Assembly (NCBI GenBank): GCA_951406725.2
Contig: OX597822.1
Span: 54,188,001 to 54,252,000, forward strand
DNA: 64,000 nucleotides
DNA from: Octopus vulgaris
Lineage: Eukaryota
Direction: 5' to 3'
The notes beneath the pieces are model-generated. The model was not told where the DNA came from, searched no databases, and was given only the letters and a program-made list of their open reading frames with translations. The position numbers were made by a program, and so were the translations under genes. Shown here in pieces: positions 41,216 through 54,076 of this stretch; the stretch's first letter is position 1; every line of letters starts with the position of its first letter.

Positions 41216-42088
41216 TTATGTTCAGTTACATTTACCTGTGCTGGCTTGAGTTGGTGATTGAAGAGACTGAATGAGGTAGTATCCTGAAGCTGAACCCTTC
41301 TTGTATCCTGAACCCTTCTTGTCAGCCACTATGGTTTTTTTTTTTTTTATTAAATTTCTAAATATGGTATTTTTTTATTCTGCAGATCTTTAGACTAAAG
41401 CACTGCCACTATTGAGCCATGTGACATATTGTTTATGGGAGACATGAACAAATGTACCAGTGCTCAAATGGTGTCAGTGTGAATACACACAGAAACAAAC
41501 ACTTGCACAAGTGCACACACACACACACACAGGCACCATTATCATCACCATCATCATTATGTCCACTTTCCATGGCAACAGGCATGGTCGGACAATCATC
41601 ATGATCTGAGTCACTGCTGTTCGTACTTGTCATTTGGCTCTGGTTTCTACAATTGGATTCCTTTCCTGTTACTAAAAAACTTTACAGAGTGCACTAGGTG
41701 TATTTTTTTGTGGCACTAACTTTAGAGAAGTTGAATAAAGGGCCTCAAGAATCCTTTATATTCTTCTCTAGTCAGTTTACCAACCACTTTACAGGATTTG
41801 CTGAGTACAGTTTATGTGCCAGCACTGGAGAGGTTCTCATTCACTTATTCACTCACCTGTCACTTTGAGGGAGCCTAAGTAATTGGCTGGCACCAGTACA
41901 TATATGTGCATATGTGTGTGTGTGTGTGTATACATACATATGTGTGTGTGTGTGTGTGTGTGTACATATATATGCATGTGTATATGAATATATATATGTA
42001 CATATACATCGGTATGTGTGTGTCAATATATATATGCATGTGTGTGTGTGTGTGTAGCTCTGTCTGTCTGTCTCTATACACACACACG

Positions 42089-42908
42089 CACGGTGTGGTG
42101 AATAAACAGTTGTCTAAATTATGCAAAAATGAAAATAACACTGACATCTCATTTTTAACAGATATATTTACCAAAATTACAAAAAAAAATCTTGAAATAC
42201 TAAAGAGTAAATTTATTCAATAAAATCACCATTGGCTTTAACCAGACGACTTCAGAATCTCCTACAACTCTTCTGGATGTTCTCCTTGTTTAAGCTGGTG
42301 AATACTGCCATAATCCTTGCCTTCAGTCCATCTTTGGTGTTACAAGGAGCTTTGTTGGTCTCTAGCTCAGTTGCAACCTGCACATAATAATCAAGGGGGT
42401 TGCAGTCTGGTGAGTGATGTTTGGGGTGATATGGTTGCAGAAATTGTCTGACAGCCATGACTAGGTTCTCCTGCTTGTGTGACATGGTGGAGAGTCCTGT
42501 TGCCATACATAGGGTCTTCCAGCAGCCACCCTCTTGACCCACAGCAGCACTATCTCTTCCAGGTACTTGTTGCAGGCCTCCGTGTTGAGTCTAAGGCTGT
42601 GTGGGGAAGATGAATGGAGTTATAACGTTGCCGTCACTAGTGATCACTCCAAACACCATGATGTTGACTGGATGTTTGATTTTTATCACTCTCAGCAGGA
42701 TTTGTATTGCTTCTACTGCGAATGTCAAGCAGTACAGCATGCCGTTTCCAAATTTCTGGTAGAGTGAACTGTCTCATGATGCTGTTTTTCTCATAGATGG
42801 TGCCCAACTGACCCTACTATACTGTGTAGTTGACAAAATCAAAAATAAACACTGCACATGCACGAAATCAAAAATATAAAATGGTGTCAATTTACCCATT
42901 GCACCCTG
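42089..42908 (-). mobile_element. Tc1/mariner (DD37D/maT-like) remnant
   Basis: SPDCNPLDYYV motif; right end CACCCTG-TA; degenerate left TIR. Confidence 0.7.
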
Positions 42909-43486
42909 TACACACACACACACACACACACACGTATTTACTATGTGCAACAGAAACAGTTTAAAATAGCAATATATGCATCATACCTAACACAGATACA
43001 TTACAGAAAGCCTAATTAACTGGGGTATTTGTTTTGAGGTAATATCTGTTGTATATGTAATGTGTTAAATAACTTACAAACATATCAGTTGCAAATGATA
43101 AACATCCAGTAGTGGTGGTGGTATATCTAGATGCTCTTTGGGCTTTGTCAGTCAGGTTTTGTCTAGATGGACAGGAATCCGCAAGAGAAAAATTTCCCAA
43201 GTGAAACTGGTCAACCCATAACTAGAACAAATATTTCATATCACTTCCATTGCTGAAAAGGCCTTTTTGAATTTGTAAAGCATGCAGTATGTGACAGGGG
43301 TCTGATCTAAACTCTTTTTAAAAGGGTAAACTTGGTACAAATTTGACCACTATGGTATAAAGAAAGAATAACAAAGCATTAGAATGTCAAAATTGATGCT
43401 TATTTTACCAGAAGTATTGAAAAAATACCTTGAAAGTGATGTCAAAAATGCAACATGATATTTTCAACCTAATACAAACACACACA

Positions 43487-43538
<52 letters not shown>

Positions 43539-43590
43539 CATGTATGTATGTATATATAGATGATTTTTTTTTCTTTTTTATCTCTTGCAG

Positions 43591-43802
43591 CAAAATAGTC
43601 TTGAAAAGCATCCAGGCTGTGAAGAACTTATCTTTGAAGATCTGATGGCGCTTTCATCTTCTGAAGGTATTTCATTACCACTACGCTCTGCTCTCAGTCC
43701 GCACACAACAGAGACGTCAGTGGCCTCTCTGAATTCTGTGCAGGACAACCATGAGACACTCATAGAACAGAACTGGGATCAAATAGCACTTAAATTTCGC
43801 AG
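43591..43802 (+). CDS. KIAA0825: KIAA0825-like coding exon (phase 0 to 2)
   Basis: TTGCAG acceptor, AG|GTACAT donor; ...SVASLNSVQDNHETLIEQNWDQIALKFR resembles recalled human KIAA0825 SRTSLHSVEDN...MWDDIRLHLRR. Confidence 0.85.
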
Positions 43803-44250
43803 GTACATTGATATAGTCTGCAGTTAATGTTTTTCCCAGTTTTCCTCAAGTCATGTGTTTTTTTCTCTCTTTTACATTCTAATGTTACCTTCTATTTTTT
43901 CTTTTTTTTTTGTCCCTTTATTTATATTTATCATTTACCTGTTATTCCTTTTTGTTTTGTTCTTAAATTAATCATTATATTTGTAATGTATTTTCAGTTT
44001 ACTAAATTTAAACCTTTCGCATTCAGATTTATCCTATCGAATATAATGCCTATTCATTCACATTGTCTTCAATTTACCGTACATTATCTTGTCACTTCAA
44101 AATTTCAAGGATGTAATTCTTTAGCTTTAGAATGACATTGTAGGGTAGGTGTGAGAGACCAGAACCTGTCATTTTCAACATAAAACATACAGAACCTTTG
44201 GACCAGATATGGCTGGTTTAACTGCTTGCTTGCTTGCTCGCTCACTCAAG

Positions 44251-44301
<51 letters not shown>

Positions 44302-44464
44302 CATGCATATATACATATATATGTATACACACACACACACACATATATATATAGGGAAGAAGAATTAGAGAAATTTTCTACCAGTGGCCAGCATGCATAA
44401 AATAGTTAATAGACAACATAATTTTCATATAAAATTAGTGTACATTTATGCTGGTGCCCCACCT

Positions 44465-45512
44465 TTACTGTATCCGGGGGGTTTTCCAGTATTGCTTCTG
44501 GTGAAGTAATGAGTTGGATGCTCCTGCTCTTTTTTGTGCCTCCCCCCACATAGTGGGTTCATCCTGTATTGCAAATAAAAAACTGTCTGAACGTTTTTTG
44601 AAGACTTCCATGTCCACAATTCGCCCGTGATACTTTAGTATCGTCAGTGTAGTTGGTGAGTGTGGATTGCCTCTAGTTCCGTAATTAGTCTTACGCTCTA
44701 TGGTAACCACATTTGGGTACAGTAGTCCAGACAACTGAGGACAAGGTTTCTCCAAAGCAGTTGCATTGTGTCTCTCTTCCTGGTCCTGAAGGGTCTAAGG
44801 ATCCAACTTACCACCTGTCTGCATAGTGTTGCCAACTGAGCAATGTGCTCAGGGATTGTAGCTTTGATTCCAAAATTTAGAAAGTTGCGTATCGCTGCTC
44901 ATGTGGACTTTCTAGGTCTGATTGCCTCTAGTTCCGTAATTAGTCTACGCTCTATGGTAACCACATTTGCACCAGACAACTCAAGGTTTCTCCAAAGCAG
45001 TTGCATTGTGTCTTTCCTGGTCCTGAACTCTGGGATCACATTATTTTCTGGGATCACATTATTTTCTGGTCTTGTGTACTTCAGCTGTTGTTTGTTTGTG
45101 GACTGATAGTGGAGTGCTTGAAATTTTGTGGCATTGAACTGCGTATTATTCTCATTTGCCCACTTATATATTGCGTTCAGGTCAATCTGCAGTCTTAGGA
45201 TGTTAGTAGGATCCTTGACCACCTGCGATACTTTTGTATCGTCAGTGTAGTTAGTGAGTGTGGCTGACACTGTGGCTGAGAGAGCAACTACAAACAGTAG
45301 TGGTCCTAGCACTGTTCCCTGGAGAACTCAGCCGAGGATTGGTGTCACTTCAGAGAGAGCACCATTTGCTGTGACATTGACTTCTGCTCATCAGGAAATC
45401 ATGTAGCCGTTCTCCCAGTCTGCCAGTGATACCGAGGTCATGCAATTTGTGACAGACCACCCCATGATTGACCTTGTCAAAGGCCTTGGCAAAGTTGAGA
45501 TATATCACATCC
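44465..45512 (-). mobile_element. CR1/Jockey-group LINE RT fragment, rearranged
   Basis: NFAKAFDKVNH...QGTVLGPLLF...YTDDTK...LQIDLNAIYKWANEN..FN..K motifs. Confidence 0.85.
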
Positions 45513-46300
45513 ATTGGTATCTAAAAGATCATAATAAACATTTTAATTTGGAATGGAATATTCTCTCTATTTCTTTACCTTATAGCAAAGGTTATTCTTT
45601 TAGCTCCGTTTGTAATAGTGAAATGTTTTTTATCCTATTCTCAAAGAATCCCCTTGTAAACACGTTTATAGAATGCGTTTATCATTGCAAACATTAGGAG
45701 AAACATACCTTTAGTTTCTATAAATGATTTCTACCATTCTATAAAATTTAACCTTTGACTGTCTTCTTACATTGCACTTCCACTAAATATATCTACTTCT
45801 ATTCCTTTAAGCTTTATTTTAATTCACCTATCACTCTATATCTCTCCACTATTAGTTTTCTGCTAATTTCTTTCTTTCTCCTCCTCTTTCTATAAACAAC
45901 CTTTGATGTTATATCTACTAACGGTTTTTTAAAAAAAAAACTTGATAGCGTTCCCTTTATCATATATGCAGTCATAACATTCTGTAAAAATGTCTTATTG
46001 ATGTGTTTGGTTTCTTTCTTTCTCTGATGAGAAGATTGCATTGTTTTACACCATTTTATCCTTTTGGAATAATACCAATGTTGTCTTCGAAACATATGTT
46101 GGAAGCAAAAGAATTTGAATAAGACCTGCGTTTAACTCCATTTATTTATTTATCTATATTATACAAAACATTTCACCTAAACCTGTAGTTTCTACCTTTA
46201 TAAATAGGCTGTTACATCCTTGTTACTTGTGTGAATTTTTGCTACCCTGGTAACTGTTTATTTCTTTTTCCGTGTTATTTGTAAACACTGGAAAAATACA
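45513..46300 (+). mobile_element. Penelope-like element 3' end (GIY-YIG C-terminus plus pLTR region)
   Basis: WYLKDHNKHFNLEWNILSISLPYSKG...CNSE..IL...LVN..EC..HCKH matches the recalled PLE endonuclease C-terminus (W.LK....W.IL....PY....C.LC..E..I....LN...E...CRH); followed by a hammerhead motif and (TA)n. Confidence 0.75.
46019..46105 (+). ncRNA. Type I hammerhead ribozyme motif (PLE-associated), intronic, sense to host gene
   Basis: TTTCT-CTGATGA-GAAGA..CATTG...CAATG..TCTTC-GAAA-CATATG-TT-GGAAG. Confidence 0.75.
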
Positions 46301-46490
46301 TACATTTATATATATATATCATCATCATCATCATCATCATTTAACGTCCGCTTTCCATGCTAGCATGGGTTGGACGGTTCAACTGGGGTCTGGGGAGCCC
46401 GAAGGCTGCACCAGGCCAGTCAGATCTGGCAGTGTTTCTACAGCTGGATGCCCTTCCTAACGCCAACCACTCCAAGAGTGTAGTGGGTGA

Positions 46491-46680
46491 TTTTATGTGC
46501 CACCGACACAGGTGCCAGACGAGGCTGGCGAACGGCCACGCTCGGATGGTGTTTTTATGTGCCACCGACACAGGTGCCAGACGAGGCTGGCGAACGGCCA
46601 CGCTCGGATGGTGTTTTTATGTGCCACCGACACAGGTGCCAGACGAGACTGACGAACGGCCACGATCGGATGGTGTTTCT
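46491..46680. repeat. 62-bp tandem repeat x3 within an RTE 3' module
   Basis: CACCGACACAGGTGCCAGACG starts at 46501, 46563 and 46625. Confidence 0.9.
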
Positions 46681-46779
46681 TACGTGCCCACAGCACGGAG
46701 GCCAGTCGATGCGGTACTGGCTACGGCCACGTTCGGATGGTTTTCTTGTGTGCCACCGGCTTTTCTAAAGATACAAATT

Positions 46780-46837
<58 letters not shown>

Positions 46838-46892
46838 AAATTTGTTTCAACACATGAATTCACATATCTTCCAAACTAGATAGAAAAATGAA

Positions 46893-46939
<47 letters not shown>

Positions 46940-48400
46940 GAGAGGGGGGAATAATATTTATCCCCACTTAAGTGTAAATGTGGATGTTCTGTCAGAACAG
47001 CACCTGTTCTGCTGCTGTTTTGATATATCTTGCTAGTGGTGAGATGAGTCGCTGCTATCTCTAGTGGTTTGGATGTCCATCATTGATAAGACCAAGAAAA
47101 GTCCAAATCATGTAATCTGGTGGTCTCAGCACTTGAGGTAGTAAGGATTTATCTCCCCTTTTGTGATATGAACAAGGCTGCATTTTGCACCAAAAACCAC
47201 TAAGAGTTTCTCTCAGGATTTCTACCACAGTATAGTTTGTTCTAACAGAGAACATTCACGTTTAAGTGGGGATAAATATTAGCTCTTGGTATTAATACTA
47301 CCTCTGTCACTTATATATGTGTTATATTTGCGTGTGTGAATGTGTCCTTTCATTGTGTGATGTAAATGAATGCCACCATAATACAAACAATGTTGTTCAT
47401 CTCTGGCTATGGGAAAACATTACCTTGTTTGGAAACAGGTCAGGGTTGGTGACAGGAAGAGCATCCAGCCATAAAAAAATTGCCTCAGTGAATTCCATCA
47501 AACTCATGCAAACATGGAAAAGTGGATGCTAAAACAAAGAAAAAAGAAAAGAGATTGTGTTTGTATTTACATATCTAGCATTTTTACTAAAGTCTAGCCA
47601 CTAAGCGCTTATAAATTTAAAATAAAATGGTTAAAACATTTATATCTAATATAATAAATGTGAAAACTGAACACTGAATCAACATACTGAACTAACATAT
47701 TGAATGATGGTAATTGGGTGATAGTAATAGTATGAGCTGTAGTTGTGGAGGCGGAGGTGATGATGGTGGTGGTGGTGGTAGTAGCTGAGGTGCTCAGGGA
47801 TGACGGTGAGAGTAAGTGATGTGAAAGACAGTGGTGATGGTGGTGGAGGGGAGGGTAGCCAAGTCAAAGGTATTGATGGTGGTGGCGTCAGAAGTCTGGT
47901 GTGTATATGGCAGATGTAGTGGCGATGGTGGTGGTACTGTTATTTATCATGCTGCTTTGCAAGAAGTTCTAAGTTGACAAATTATATCATTGTTTTGAAG
48001 AAAATTGTCCATTGCTTGAAAAATATTTTTCAAGTTTAATATAATTTAATGCATGAAGTGTCATTGTTGGATCCAAGGCCTAATGAAGAGATATCCACAG
48101 GAGCTAGCTTAAAAACTGCCTGATAGGGCAGCTTTTAATCTAGTATGTAATATAATTACATACTATAAATAGGCGCAGGAGTGGCTGTGTGGTAAGTAGC
48201 TTGCTTATGAACTACATGGTTCCAGGTTCAGTCCCACTGCGTGGCACCTTGGGCAAGTGTCTTCTACTATAACCTCGGGCCGACCAAAGCCTTGTGTGTG
48301 GATTTGGTAGACAGAAACTGAAAGTAGCCTGTCGTATATATGTATATATATATATATGTTTATATGTATGTGTGTGTGTATATGTTTGTGTGTCTGTGTT

Positions 48401-48840
48401 GTTTAAAATGTCAAAGCCACAGTCGAACCAATTCTACTATATGGCTCTGAAACCTGGACGTTATCAAAGAAACTTGAGAGGCGGTTGGATGGAACCTACA
48501 CTCGCCTCCTTATGAGAGCTCAGAATCTCTCGTGGAAGCGCCATCCAACCAAAATGCAAATATATGGGAAACTACCACCTGTGTCATCTCTTGTGAAAGG
48601 TAGGAGAGTCCAGTTTGCTGGACATTGTTGTAGAGCTGAAAAAGAGGTAATTTCTACTCTTCTCCTCTGGAAGCCATCTACTCGCAATACCAGAGGGCGC
48701 ACACACTCTCCTACCCTGATGTAATCTCCAGGGATACAGGCATCCAGCAACAGGACCTCCGTAATGCCATGATGGACAGTGAAGTCTGGCGTAGTATGGT
48801 AAATTCCATTGTCTCGACCACGGTCGAACAATGATGATGA
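48401..48840 (+). mobile_element. Young 5'-truncated RTE-type LINE insertion inside a family A SINE
   Basis: ATVEPILLYGSETWTL...RRVQFAGHCCR...; (TGA)n tail; 12-bp TSD TGTGTCTGTGTT at 48389-48400 and 48841-48852. Confidence 0.88.
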
Positions 48841-49989
48841 TGTGTCTGTGTTTGTCTCCCCCACATCGCTTGACAAACAATACTGGTGTGTTTACGTCCC
48901 CGTAACTTTGTGGTTCGGCAAAAGAGACTGATAGAATAAGTACTAGGCTGACAAGTTTGATCTGTGGTTGTAGATTGTAATATATAATTAATGGGTATTT
49001 CTATCCTTACATCTTTGCTTTAATTAGTTCCCTAAGTGATTAGCTATTAACTGGGATTTCAAACACTTTTCCATTTAGCTCTTGTTAGAAAATATCAGCT
49101 TTTCTCTAAATTTACGTTTTAGAGGAAGAGAAAATTGGCATATTGTCACATTCATGGCTTTCCTAAAAGCATTATTGAGAATAATTGAGAAGAACTCGTG
49201 CCATATGAGACTTGGAAGTAGATGCTTTCTTCTTTCATCATCATCATCATCAAAATATTAATATTTGGATTTGCAAACGTAGAGAGACTAATTAATATTT
49301 CAAAATTATCAACTGCCACATAGTCTCAAAGCTGCGGATGCCATACCTTACTTTTACTTTGTTTAGCCTCCAGCTCAATTCTGATTCAGAAAACATATAA
49401 CTGAAGATTTTCCAGCTGAGACCATTCTGTTTTTTTTTATTTTTTAAATTAGACATATTGTATCTATGGTTACATTATCTGTGTTCTTCTATTTCTTAAC
49501 TGAAAGAATGTATAATTTTAAGGAGATTTGTCTGTTCTTTCTAGCCAGTTGAGCAATCACATTGAAGTTCTCATTGGTTTGTCCTTGTGTTTCTTAATAA
49601 CAGACTTTGTCAATTAAATTGACTAGATGTTTCCTTTAAGAAAAATACCTTGATACTTAGTCAAAATAAATTATGATACTCTGTACAAGATTAGATCTTT
49701 GAAATTATATACAGTACATATTTGTAGTTAATTATAATACTATTTATATAGTTTGAGCAAGATTTGGTTTCTGATGTATTAGGGAAATCAGTAACTTTGT
49801 ATCAGAACTGAATTAAATTGTGGAAACTAAACCAAAACATGCTAATTTTTCAACATTGAACTGTGTGTTGTTTTCTTCAGCCTGTTCATATATTATGTTC
49901 AGGGCTTTCTGTAGTTTTGCATCATCATCAAAATTTATTATTGCATGTAATACTTTTGTACTGTTAATGTAGCTGGTGAGAGTGGCTTA

Positions 49990-50335
49990 CTGTATGACGA
50001 AGTGTCTGAGAAGCTCGCCACAAACAGCAGTTGCTCTAGTTTAACTCTGTGAGGGACTCCACTATAAATTGATGTCTTCTTGAAGAAAGCACCATTGTCT
50101 GCAACTATTTGACTGTTTGATTCCTACCTTTTAAGAAGATATGCAGTCACTTCCTTAGTTTTCCAGCTATACCAATGTTATGCAATATGTGACATACCAT
50201 TCTGTGATCAACTTCTTTTATTGAATGCTTTGGCAAAGTCAAGATATATCACACTCATTTTAGAATGGTGGAGTTGTTATTTCAGTACTCACTCATAATG
50301 CTATAGTAACTGTGTAAGGTAGCTCCTTCCTGAAA
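49990..50335 (-). mobile_element. CR1-type RT fragment
   Basis: GRSYLTQLL...VIYLDFAKAFNK.VDH..VCH.LHNIGIAGKL. Confidence 0.75.
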
Positions 50336-52218
50336 AGGTTTTTCCCCTCAGAGTGAAGGGCAGATTATATGATGCTTGTGTTAGAATTGTAATGCCACTT
50401 GGTAGTGAGACATGGACCTTGAAGACTTAAGAAAACTGGAAAGAAATGAAGCAAGCAAGCTGCATTGGATGTGCAGTGTAAGTGTGCATGAATGACAAAG
50501 TACAAATGTATTAAGGAAAAAAATAACTGGGTATAAGAAGAAACAGATATAGGGTAATTCTCTAACTGCAGTATTCTGCTGCTGTTGTTAAATGTGAGCA
50601 GAACTGCATACTTCAGCTTTTCCCTGATACCATTTATCTTTTCTCACTACCTGGAAATATTTTACTTGTTATCCATTATTCGTAATACTGTTCTCTCCAC
50701 CTACATTTTCTCTCATCTTCTCTATTGTATCATTATTAATAGTCTAGTACTCTTCACCCTCTCCTTTCTGAACTGTGAGTCATTTCCTACACTCTCCCAA
50801 ATCACATGTATCATTGGTCACTCACCACCCTTTATCAACCACTCACTACATTCATCCTTCGGCCCTACCCAATTTCTACAGCTGTCACCTACTATTCTCT
50901 ACTTTCCCTACTTATCACCCCTCAGCATCTGTCCTCCATTATATCCACCTTTGACGCATCCTCTATCTCTAACCATCCCTCACTTTCCCATGCACTCTTG
51001 CAACCTCTACCCAGCTACTCCCTGTTCTTTTGTTCTCCACTCACTTCTACTCATCTCCTGGTACTTCACCCCTATTTTATCTCTCATTCCAGTTCTACTC
51101 CTGTTACATCCACCCACTCATCTGTAATGTGAGTAGCTATATAGCTCCCCTACAGCAATTTGAAGAGGATCCTAGTATTGCAGACATCATGGCAACCTCA
51201 ATAGTGGTGGTGCCAAAGAAGCATCCAGCAGACTTTGTAAAGTAGTTGCCATTAGGAAGTAGGAAGGACATACAACAATAGAAACCACTCCAAAATATAC
51301 ATTGCAGCTTGATGCAGTCCTCTGCCCTGTTGGATGCTGTCAAACTATACCATCCAGTCCAGCGTAGCATGGACATTAAATGTTGATGATGTTTGTATAT
51401 ATATATATCATCATCATCATCATCATCATCATTTAGCATCCGTTTTCCGTGCTAGCAGGGGTTGGATGGTTCAACCGGGTCTGGGAAGCCAGGAGGCTGC
51501 ACCAGGCTCCAGTCTGATCTGGCAGTGTTTCTACAGCTGGATGCCCTTCCTAACGCCAACCACTCCGTGAGTGTAGTGGATGCTTTTTACATGCCACCAG
51601 CACAGGTGCCAGGGGAGGCTGGCAGTGGCCACAATCGGTTGGTGCTTTTTACGTGTCACCAGCACAGAAGCCAGTCAAGGCGGTGTTGGCGTCGGCCACG
51701 TTCGGATGGTGCTTTTTACGTGCTACATATATATATATATATATATATTCATGTATATCATCATCATTATATATGTATATATTAATGTTTAAAACAATTT
51801 TACATTACTTTTGTAGAGTACACATCTATCATTCTTAAACTGACACTTAACTGGTTTAAGTCATTGATACACACACATGCACATGCACACACATTCTCAC
51901 ACATACATCATCATTGTTATGATCATCATCATTTGATGTCTGTTTCCCATGCTGGTTTGGATAAGATGGTCTGACATGAACTGGCAAGTCAGAAGACTAC
52001 ACGAAGCTCTGCTATCTGTTTTGGCATGGTTTCTATGGTTGGATACCCTTCTTAATGCCAGCCTCTTTACAGAGTGTAATGAGTGCATTTTATGTGGCAC
52101 CAGCAACAGTGAGGTCGCCAAGTAACCTTGCAGGACAAGACCTCTCAACCTGGTGGGGTTTAGTATTGAGGGACAGAGAGGTGTTTTGCATTAGAAGACA
52201 CACATAGCTACTTCAGAT

Positions 52219-52258
<40 letters not shown>

Positions 52259-52758
52259 GGAGAGAAAGATAGTGCAGTTGTGACAGAAAGGGGAGACACA
52301 TGAGAGGCTTTTTTTACTGTTTCCATGTACCAAATCCATTTACAAAGCTTCAGTTGGCCTGGGGCTATAATAGAAGACACTTGCCCATGGAACCTCAATG
52401 TGGAACATGTGGTTAGGAAGCAAACGTTTTACCACAGTCATGCCAAGCACTTATTAGTATGTATATTTATGTGTGTGTGTGTGTGACTATTTGTGTATTT
52501 ATATATGTATATTTATGTGTATATATGTGTATATTTTTTCATATATATATATGTATCTATGTATGAATATTTTTGTATTTATGTGTATATATATGTATAT
52601 ATGTATACATATGAATATTTGTGTTCATTCATGTATGTATGTATATTTGTGTGTATATATGTGTATATTTTTTCATTCATATATATATATATATGTATGA
52701 AATATATGTATATCTATCTGTATATATTTATGGATATGTATTTTCATTTATATTATAG

Positions 52759-52897
52759 GTATTTCATGGACAAGCTGTCTAAATTACCATTACGAGGTTT
52801 TGAGCAGGAACTCAATCTTCAAGAACACAAACGATACGAATATTTACAAAGCTTAGTCACGTTGTATCAAGCCGATGACATCTGGTTCTGCTACCAG
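52759..52897 (+). CDS. KIAA0825: KIAA0825-like coding exon (phase 2 to 0)
   Basis: TTATAG acceptor, CAG|GTAAAC donor; (R)YFMDKLSKLPLRGFEQELNLQEHKRYEYLQSLVTLYQADDIWFCYQ resembles recalled human LQQLLFLYPESEVIIKYQ. Confidence 0.85.
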
Positions 52898-52944
52898 GTA
52901 AACAGACACACCTATATTGATTTTTATTTTATATATATATATAT

Positions 52945-53325
52945 GTGTGGTAAGTAGCTTGCTAACCAACCACATGGTTCCGGGTTCAGTCCCACTGCGT
53001 GGCATCTTGGGCAAGTGTCTTCTGCTATAGCCCCGGGCCGACCAATGCCTTGTGAGTGGATTTGGTAGACGGAAACTGAAAGAAGCCTGTCGTATATATG
53101 TATATATATATATGTATGTGTGTATGTCTGTGTTTGTCCCCCTAGCATTGCTTGACAACCGATGCTGGTGTGTTTACGTCCCCGTCACTTAGCGGTTCGG
53201 CAAAATAGACCGATAGAATAAGTACTGGGCTTACAAAGAATAAGTCCCGGGGTCGATTTGCTCGACTAAAGGCGGTGCTCCAGCATGGCCGCAGTCAAAT
53301 GACTGAAGCAAGTAAAAGAGTAAAA
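52945..53325 (+). mobile_element. SINE family A, young copy
   Basis: CpG-rich, close to the family consensus seen in the other copies. Confidence 0.85.
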
Positions 53326-54017
53326 GATATATATATATATATATATATATATCTCCATTGGTTATATCAACCATCAAATGCTGAAGTATGGGTTATTTTA
53401 TAAAGATTAAAGTTTAGCTGACTTCAAAGATTGTGGATCTCTCCTCTGAGAAAACAGCACTTGCCTGAGATGCTATGCAGTGTAATCCAATCCTGGAGCT
53501 TGACATTGTGAAGTGAGCTCCTTCCCCATTCAGTAATCTGTGACTACTACACTTGAGTATTACTCACATATTTTATATATAATCCCCTCAATGAATTAAC
53601 TTGCACACATACACAGGCGTGGGTGTGTGGTTAAGAAGCTTGCTTCCCTACCATGGGGTCTTGGGTTCAACCCCACTGTGTGGAATCTTAGGCAAGTGTC
53701 GTAAACCAATTCTAAAGAAGGCTTCTATTCAAACTTTATTTCGCTTGGCGTCTAATCCATTGATCATGACTACCTGACGATTAACGTGTGGTTTTATATT
53801 AAGTGAAAACAGCAGCCATCCATCAACATCACTCAACACTGCTACACTCTCGCACTCAGTTCAGAATAGGATTTCTATATTTTTATCTGCTATTTGTTAT
53901 TGTAGAGAAGAATTAATAAAAGAAAATTATAGTTCAAAACAGCAAGTGTCTTCTATATAGCTCTGGTTTGCCCAAGTTTGTGAGTGGATTTGATAGATGT
54001 AAACTGAAAGAAGCCAA

Positions 54018-54076
<59 letters not shown>

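Noticed and set aside
46491-46680. Regularly spaced repeats resembling a CRISPR array
   Set aside because: Contiguous 62-bp tandem units with no unique spacers, inside a eukaryotic retroelement UTR; no cas genes
50585-51127. 180-aa ORF
   Set aside because: CT-rich low-complexity sequence with no splice signals or recognisable domain
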